Shown: in pieces, positions 58,358 to 64,000 of the stretch
Numbering within the stretch: the stretch's first letter is position 1
Layout: every line of letters starts with the position of its first letter
Assembly (NCBI GenBank): GCA_002898015.1
Contig: BDTM01000128.1
Location: 138,418 to 202,417 of the forward strand
Length of the DNA stretch: 64,000 nucleotides
Reading direction: 5' to 3'
Origin: a bacterium BMS3Bbin03
GTDB taxonomy: Bacteria; Zhuqueibacterota; JdFR-76; BMS3Abin05
Notes under the pieces: generated by a model
The model's database searches: none
The model's input: the letters and a program-made list of their open reading frames with translations, nothing else
What the model was told of the DNA's origin: nothing
Program-made: the position numbers and the translations under genes

Positions 58358-59074
58358 CTGAAAGACCTGATTTTATATTCCGTCAGCATCATCTTGATGG
58401 CCTGGCTCGGCGGCGCCATTCCGCTGTTTTTTCGATGGCGGCCGTTGGTTATTCATCTGTTTATCAGCCTTGGCGCCGGAATCCTGCTGGGTGCCGCGTT
58501 TTTACACATGCTTCCGGATTCGGCTGAATATATCGGATCCAAATTAGGCCCGCCCGCCTTACTTGGATTTCTGCTGCTTTATATCCTCGAAAAGTTCATC
58601 CTGACTCATCCCTGCCCGTCCGATTATTGTGAATATCACCACGTGGGATTAATGGCATTTATCGGTTTATCGGTCCACAGTCTTATTACCGGCATGGCCC
58701 TGGGTGCCGGCATTTTGATTCCAAAATTGGGACTCGTCGTCTTTTTCGCCGTTGTTTTGCATAAACTGCCCGCTTCATTGTCTCTTTCCAGTTTACTCGT
58801 TAAGGAAAAATACAAAATCCAATCCATCGCCGTCATTATTCTGATTTTTTCGTTCATGATTCCGATCGGAGCTTTTTTAACCTATTTCTTTGCCAAGGGG
58901 ACAACCACCGTCACGCTCGGGTATCTAATTGCCTTTTCGTCGGGCACATTTTTCCACGTGGCCGCCGATGATTTGCTGCCGGAAGTGCACAGCCGGTTTG
59001 ACCACAGAAAAGAGAGTTTGGCCACTTTTCTTCTGGGCATATTGATCATGTGGCTTATTGCGGTATTGGAATAA
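58358..59074 (+). CDS. ZIP-family divalent metal transporter (probable CTG start)
   Basis: AG.LLG.AFLHMLP, HSLITG, LHKLP, GTFFHVA..DLLPE. Confidence 0.88.
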   Translation: MKDLILYSVSIILMAWLGGAIPLFFRWRPLVIHLFISLGAGILLGAAFLHMLPDSAEYIGSKLGPPALLGFLLLYILEKFILTHPCPSDYCEYHHVGLMAFIGLSVHSLITGMALGAGILIPKLGLVVFFAVVLHKLPASLSLSSLLVKEKYKIQSIAVIILIFSFMIPIGAFLTYFFAKGTTTVTLGYLIAFSSGTFFHVAADDLLPEVHSRFDHRKESLATFLLGILIMWLIAVLE

Positions 59075-59077
59075 AAA

Positions 59078-59506
59078 ATGGTTCATAACGCTTCAAAAAT
59101 TCGCTTTTTCGACCACACGGGCGATATTGGAATGGAGGTGTTTGCACCGTCTCTGCCGGAAGTATTTAAAACGGCCGCGGCAGGGATGTTTTCCATTTTA
59201 ACGGAAAGCAGGACGATTCACCCCCGTCTCACAAAAACAATTTCTTTAAAAGCTGAAATAGCCGACGAGCTGTTAATTCTCTGGCTTAATCGCCTCCTTT
59301 TTCTGTTTGATACGGAAGGCTGGTTGTTTTCTCAATTCGAAATCACGCTTCCGAATGAAAAATCCCTTCAGGCCGTGGTTCGGGGGGAACATTTCGATCC
59401 GGAACGGCATGAAATATTGCGGGAAATAAAAGCCGCCACTTACCACCGTTTGACGTTGGAGAAACGGGAAAACACCTGGTACGCCCGGGTCATTTTTGAC
59501 CTTTAA
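59078..59506 (+). CDS. Archease
   Basis: DHTGDIG, EIKAATYH, C-terminal VIFDL; directly before rtcB. Confidence 0.93.
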   Translation: MVHNASKIRFFDHTGDIGMEVFAPSLPEVFKTAAAGMFSILTESRTIHPRLTKTISLKAEIADELLILWLNRLLFLFDTEGWLFSQFEITLPNEKSLQAVVRGEHFDPERHEILREIKAATYHRLTLEKRENTWYARVIFDL

Positions 59507-59527
59507 GCGCCGAAAGGAGGAATTTGC

Positions 59528-60970
59528 ATGGGAAGTGTACATTTTGAAAAAGTTGAGGACTACTTGTGGGAAATCCCCCGGGAGGGCCGTATGAGAGTGC
59601 CCGGAAGAATTTACGCTTCGGAAAAGATGATTCAAGACATTCAGTCGGATGAAAGCCCGAAGCAGGTGATGAATGTGGCGCATTTACCGGGAATTGTGAA
59701 ATACTCTCTTGCCATGCCGGACATCCACTGGGGGTACGGCTTTCCGATTGGCGGCGTCGCCGCATTTGATCCTGAGGAGGGAGTGATTTCTCCGGGCGGC
59801 GTGGGATACGACATCAACTGCGGTGTGCGTTTAATGCGCTCGAACCTTTACCGAAAAGATGTGGAAGCCGGAATCAAAGATTTAATCGCCGCGATTTTTG
59901 CCAAAGTGCCGTCCGGTGTGGGTTCCAAGGGGCCGCTGAAGCTGGGTGCCAACGATGAAAAGGCGGTTCTTTTAAAAGGCGCCCGCTGGGCGGTCGAAAA
60001 GGGCTTTGGAACCGCGAGCGATTTGGAGTTTATCGAAGAACACGGGCAGATGGCACACGCGGATCCTTCGGCGGTCAGCCCGGAAGCCTATGCCCGCGGG
60101 CGGGCGCAATTGGGGACCATCGGTTCGGGGAACCATTTTGTGGAAATAGACGTGGTGGATGCTATTTACGATGAAAAAGCCGCCGAAGCGTTTGGTCTTC
60201 AAAAGGACCGGATTGTCGTGATCATCCACACCGGGTCAAGGGGATTCGGCTACCAGATTTGCGATGAATACGTTCGAAAAATGCTGCGGGCGTCGGAAAA
60301 GTACGGCATCGAACTACCCGACAGGCAGTTGTGCAGCGCGCCGTTTCAGTCACCAGAAGGACAGGAATATTTCGGTGCGATGAATGCCGCTGTCAACTAC
60401 GCCTTTGCCAACCGGCAGGTGATTGCACATTGGGTGCGGGAAGCGTTTGAAATCGGATTAAAAAGGAGCCCCCGCGAGATTGGTCTGGAATTGGTTTACG
60501 AAGTGGCGCACAACATTGCCAAACTGGAAACGCATGTGGTGGACGGAAAAGAGCGTGAGCTGGTCGTGCATCGGAAAGGAGCCACCCGGGCGTTCGGCCC
60601 GGGCCATCCGGCCGTTCCGGTCGAATACCGGGAAGTCGGACAGCCGGTTTTGATTCCGGGCGACATGGGCCGGTATTCCTTTGTCCTGGTGGGCACCGAG
60701 AAGGCGATGGAAGAGACCTTTGGTTCTTCCTGCCACGGCGCAGGTCGGCGAATGAGTCGCCGCCAGGCAAAGAAGGCTGCCCGGGGGCGGGCCATTCACC
60801 GGGAATTGGAGGACCGCGGCATCTATTCCATGGCGGCCAGCCGGGCGACCATGGTTGAGGAAATCCCCGAAGCCTACAAGGATGTGGCGGATGTGGTGGA
60901 AGCCGTGGAAGGAGCCGGAATTGCCCGAAAAGTAGCAAAGCTCCTGCCAATCGGCGTGGTTAAGGGGTAA
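59528..60970 (+). CDS. rtcB: RNA-splicing/repair ligase RtcB
   Basis: MPDIHWGYGFPIGG, GYDINCG, GSGNHF, HTGSRG, HNIAK, HRKGAT, HGAGR. Confidence 0.97.
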   Translation: MGSVHFEKVEDYLWEIPREGRMRVPGRIYASEKMIQDIQSDESPKQVMNVAHLPGIVKYSLAMPDIHWGYGFPIGGVAAFDPEEGVISPGGVGYDINCGVRLMRSNLYRKDVEAGIKDLIAAIFAKVPSGVGSKGPLKLGANDEKAVLLKGARWAVEKGFGTASDLEFIEEHGQMAHADPSAVSPEAYARGRAQLGTIGSGNHFVEIDVVDAIYDEKAAEAFGLQKDRIVVIIHTGSRGFGYQICDEYVRKMLRASEKYGIELPDRQLCSAPFQSPEGQEYFGAMNAAVNYAFANRQVIAHWVREAFEIGLKRSPREIGLELVYEVAHNIAKLETHVVDGKERELVVHRKGATRAFGPGHPAVPVEYREVGQPVLIPGDMGRYSFVLVGTEKAMEETFGSSCHGAGRRMSRRQAKKAARGRAIHRELEDRGIYSMAASRATMVEEIPEAYKDVADVVEAVEGAGIARKVAKLLPIGVVKG

Positions 60971-61216
60971 CGATTCCGGAATGTAACAAATATTATTTGA
61001 TGATTCCTTGTTGGCTATTGTGTATTTGATATTCAGTTTATCTGATTTTAATTTTAAGATTTCATCTGTTCCTAAGTTGGGGTATTATTGAATATCCAAC
61101 AAGGAATAATGAATTATGGAAAGAAAAAATAGGGATAACGATCAAACTGTTTGAAGCATTGCCTAAGCTCCGCCTGCGTCTGAGAGCTGCGTCTCAGGCC
61201 ATTGGCGTCCACCTAA

Positions 61217-61289
61217 GTAAGGGCGATGCATTCGGTGGCAAAATTGCTGCAAATGGACAAATCATTTCCTGCGAATGCATCGCCCCAAC
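61217..61289. repeat. REP doublet/REPIN-like inverted repeat
   Basis: Perfect 14-bp IR GGGCGATGCATTCG (61221-61234)/CGAATGCATCGCCC (61272-61285), with GTAA.../...CAAC ends resembling GTAG/CTAC. Confidence 0.7.
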
Positions 61290-61305
61290 AAATAGAATAA
61301 TAGCC

Positions 61306-61351
61306 CTGAAATACGATCCTGCAAAACCATTACCGCAGATCCATTCGATTA
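61306..61351 (+). pseudogene. Remnant N-terminus of a REP-associated tyrosine transposase (RAYT)
   Basis: CTG-KYDPAK, one extra C, then HYRRSIRL; resembles the RAYT start MKYNP..HHRRSIRL; similarity is lost afterwards. Confidence 0.6.
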
Positions 61352-61598
61352 ATGGAATTATTTTTATTGATACAACCCCATCACAATCCATTTCATATTT
61401 CCGGGGTTTTAACCCCGAATGATTGAATGAAATGGTTTTTCTTATTTGATTTTGTAAAACTCGTAACGGTAGAAATATTAATTTAATCCTCTAATCCTCT
61501 AATTCTTTAATCTTGTCATAATATTTAAGAAACAATAAACGGTTAGATCAAACTTGCACTGGCAGAGGCAAAAAAAAGTCAATCTTTAGAAAAAACAC

Positions 61599-61627
61599 TT
61601 GACATCTTTTAAAAAAATTGTTACAAT
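61599..61627 (+). promoter_or_regulatory. Sigma70-type promoter for ssb
   Basis: TTGACA-N17-TACAAT with extended -10 TG. Confidence 0.75.
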
Positions 61628-61671
61628 TGAGAAACGTTTATACCACCACAAACCCAAGAGGAGGGGATATC

Positions 61672-62088
61672 ATGGCAAATGGGATCAACAAAGTGATCTT
61701 GATCGGAAACCTTGGCAAGGACCCGGATTTGCGGTACACACCAAACGGAACGGCGGTTGCTTCTTTCAGCCTCGCCACAAATGAACGGTGGAAAGACAAG
61801 GAAGGAAATTATCAGGATCGAACGGAATGGCACCGTATTGTGGCCTGGAGCAAACTGGCCGAGACGGTTGGTGAATACCTGAAAAAGGGGAGTCAGGTTT
61901 TCATCGAAGGGAAAATTCGTTCTCGTACCTGGGAGGATCAAAACGGCGTGAAACGAACCACAACCGAAATCGTTGCCAACAATCTTGTGATGTTGGGCAG
62001 GCGTGAAGGCGTTTCATCAACCGATATGGCTGAACCCGCGGCTCCATCCGGCGATGAAATGACATCAACCGACGATTTACCGTTTTAA
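61672..62088 (+). CDS. ssb: Single-stranded DNA-binding protein
   Basis: [20 protein letters not shown], acidic tail DDLPF; RBS GAGGAGG before ATG 61672. Confidence 0.97.
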   Translation: MANGINKVILIGNLGKDPDLRYTPNGTAVASFSLATNERWKDKEGNYQDRTEWHRIVAWSKLAETVGEYLKKGSQVFIEGKIRSRTWEDQNGVKRTTTEIVANNLVMLGRREGVSSTDMAEPAAPSGDEMTSTDDLPF

Positions 62089-62117
62089 AGCGGCGGTGAT
62101 TCATTCGTGAAAGTTAT

Positions 62118-62152
62118 AAATCCGAGGTCTTTTTTAACCTCGGATTTTTTTT
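62118..62152 (+). terminator. Intrinsic terminator after ssb
   Basis: AAATCCGAGGT-loop-ACCTCGGATTT followed by a T-run. Confidence 0.8.
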
Positions 62153-62169
62153 GTTCCCAATAAAATGAG

Positions 62170-62571
62170 GTGCTTATGAAAGATGACGAATTGATTCGGA
62201 AAGCCTCCGAAGTTCAGACAACGGCTGTGGCTTCCTACTCGCACTTTAATGTGGGGGCGGCACTTCGAACAAAATCAGGCAAAATATACACGGGAATTAA
62301 TATTGAATCGAGCTCTTACAGTTTAACGATTTGTGCCGAAAGGGTGGCGCTTTTCAAAGCCCTTTCCGAAGGTGAGCGGGAATTTGATTCCATCGCGATT
62401 GTGACGGATTCTGTTGAATTGTGTCCTCCGTGCGGTGCCTGCCGGCAGGTTTTGTGGGACTTTGCCCCGGACATAAAGGTGATTTTAGCGAACAGGCATG
62501 GAAAGACAAAAGAGTACCTGCTGCGGAATTTGTTTCCGGCCGCTTTTGACCAGAATTATTTACAAGTCTGA
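62170..62571 (+). CDS. cdd: Cytidine deaminase (homotetrameric type)
   Basis: YSHFNVGAA, NIE.SSY.LTICAER, PCGACRQ. Confidence 0.94.
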   Translation: MLMKDDELIRKASEVQTTAVASYSHFNVGAALRTKSGKIYTGINIESSSYSLTICAERVALFKALSEGEREFDSIAIVTDSVELCPPCGACRQVLWDFAPDIKVILANRHGKTKEYLLRNLFPAAFDQNYLQV

Positions 62572-62577
62572 TGTTTA

Positions 62578-63237
62578 ATGCAAGAGATCAAGCCTGAGGA
62601 AATTGTGAAAAAAAGAATTTTAATCGGCATTGCCGGCGGTTCCGGTTCCGGCAAAACCCTAATCGCAAAAAATCTGTTTCGGGATTTGGGCACAGACCGG
62701 GTCATCATCATTCAGCAAGATGCGTATTACAAGGACCTCTCCCATCTTTCGTTTGAAGAGAGAGTCAAGCAGAATTTTGATCATCCGGACGCGATTGATT
62801 CCGAATTGCTGCTTCAGCAGTTGAACGGTTTGCTTGCAGGGGAAACCATTCAGCAGCCCATTTACGATTTTACCATCCACTCTCGAAAAAAGACAACCGA
62901 AACAATCGGCGGACACGACATTATCATTCTTGAGGGAATTTTAATCCTGGATAATCCGGAACTGCGGAACCTCATGGACATCAAGGTGTATGTGGACACC
63001 GACGCCGACATCCGGCTGATTCGCCGCTTAATTCGGGACACCAAAGAGCGCAACCGAAGCATGGAATCGGTCATCAAACAGTACAAAGAAAGTGTGCGGC
63101 CGATGCACCTGCAGTTTGTGGAGCCGTCAAAACGGTACGCCGACGTCATCATTCCCGAAGGCGGGATGAATTATGTGGCCGTCGATCTGCTCCGCACTAA
63201 AATTGAGGTGCTTTTAAAAGAATTGGATGAAGACTAA
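62578..63237 (+). CDS. udk: Uridine kinase
   Basis: GIAGGSGSGKT, NFDHPDA, EGIL, VRPMHLQFVEPSKRYAD. Confidence 0.95.
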   Translation: MQEIKPEEIVKKRILIGIAGGSGSGKTLIAKNLFRDLGTDRVIIIQQDAYYKDLSHLSFEERVKQNFDHPDAIDSELLLQQLNGLLAGETIQQPIYDFTIHSRKKTTETIGGHDIIILEGILILDNPELRNLMDIKVYVDTDADIRLIRRLIRDTKERNRSMESVIKQYKESVRPMHLQFVEPSKRYADVIIPEGGMNYVAVDLLRTKIEVLLKELDED

Positions 63238-63313
63238 ATAAACAGGCCCTCTCGGATCAAAATTGGCTTATGTTGTAATTTTTAAACACCCTCTTAAATT
63301 CTGCAAAAAAGTC

Positions 63314-63344
63314 TTGACAAATCAAAAATTGTGTCGTATATATT
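63314..63344 (+). promoter_or_regulatory. Putative sigma70-type promoter for the dksA/traR-like gene
   Basis: TTGACA at 63314 followed by a TATATATT -10 region. Confidence 0.55.
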
Positions 63345-63496
63345 AAAATCCAAAATTTAAATGCCCCTTTTGCCTTTGCGATCATCGATTATTTGGGGTC
63401 AAGAAGTTCTAAAATTGTGTCGAATACTTTAGAAGAGATTTTTTAGTGAAATGGTCGGAGTCTAACCGGGGAATCCCAAAAGATCAAAATGAGGTA

Positions 63497-63916
63497 ATGC
63501 ACATGAATAAAAAACAACTTGAAAAATTTAAACGGCTTTTGCTGGAGCAGCAGCGGGAAATTCTGGGCAGCGCAGGAGCCAGTTCCGAAGATATCGATCA
63601 ATTACAGGGATCGCCTGCGGCCGACTGGGTCGACCGGGTTACGGTGGATAATGCGATTTCCTCATTGATTGCTCGCGAGAGCGAGCTTGCCAGAGAGTTG
63701 GATAACATCAGGGACGCATTGCTGAAAATCGAAAAAGACACCTACGGGATTTGCGAAGAATGTGGAAAAGAGATTAATCACGAGCGTCTTGAAGCCATTC
63801 CGACAGCCAGATTGTGTCGTGACTGCCAGCAGGAACAGGAAAAAAATTCCCAAAGAGAGACGGAATTTAGAGGGCGCAGCAATATACCGAAAGAAGTTTT
63901 CGACTGGTACGAATAA
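63497..63916 (+). CDS. DksA/TraR C4 zinc-finger family regulator
   Basis: Coiled coil, YGICEECG..I...RLEAIP.A.LC..C; RBS GAGGT before ATG 63497/63503. Confidence 0.88.
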   Translation: MHMNKKQLEKFKRLLLEQQREILGSAGASSEDIDQLQGSPAADWVDRVTVDNAISSLIARESELARELDNIRDALLKIEKDTYGICEECGKEINHERLEAIPTARLCRDCQQEQEKNSQRETEFRGRSNIPKEVFDWYE

Positions 63917-64000
63917 TTTTAAAGACGGCGCCGACGCTATTTTTAGCGCGACAGTCTTCTCTTTCCGATAACGGCTTAAAATTTATCTCTTTCCTTTGCG

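Noticed and set aside
61159-61422. 87-aa (+) and 65-aa (-) ORFs between rtcB and ssb
   Set aside because: They translate REP-like palindromes (VGAMHS...NASPL) and the RAYT remnant; no RBS or family motif

Overview
64-kb bacterial chromosomal window; every supported gene is on the + strand. Gene content (T9SS-type C-terminal sorting domain, PorV-family barrel, group II GGGP synthase, hrcA-grpE-dnaJ) suggests an FCB-superphylum organism, possibly KSB1/Calditrichota-like (inference). Most of the window is housekeeping: hrcA-grpE-dnaJ, comEA/pilin/pilM/pilN-O, rsmD-coaD-pta-aminotransferase, icd, obgE-dprA, gltX, 9 tRNAs, tadA, SRP RNA, dnaX-ybaB-recR-pgsA-pgpA-cinA-thpR-recA-recX-alaS, hflX, pncB-ZIP-archease-rtcB, ssb, cdd-udk and a dksA/traR gene. 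The standout is a ~20-kb locus (9.6-29.5 kb). It encodes a TPR protein, a small secreted paralog of an adhesin tip domain, a hicBA pair, a 3793-aa Ig-repeat surface protein, a PorV-like barrel fused to a coiled-coil/TPR tail, a membrane-bound RsbW-kinase/HAMP/PP2C hybrid and a STAS protein. The last two share a helix-turn-helix-like domain resembling the N-terminal DNA-binding region of IS481-family transposases, and no sigma factor gene lies in the window. This is a candidate trans-envelope partner-switching system with direct DNA-binding output. Other points: an unannotated hicA, a REP doublet plus RAYT remnant, near-CCA tails on all 9 tRNA genes, and tadA starting 2 nt after its substrate tRNA-Arg(ACG). 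All calls come from motif recognition by eye; no searches were run.
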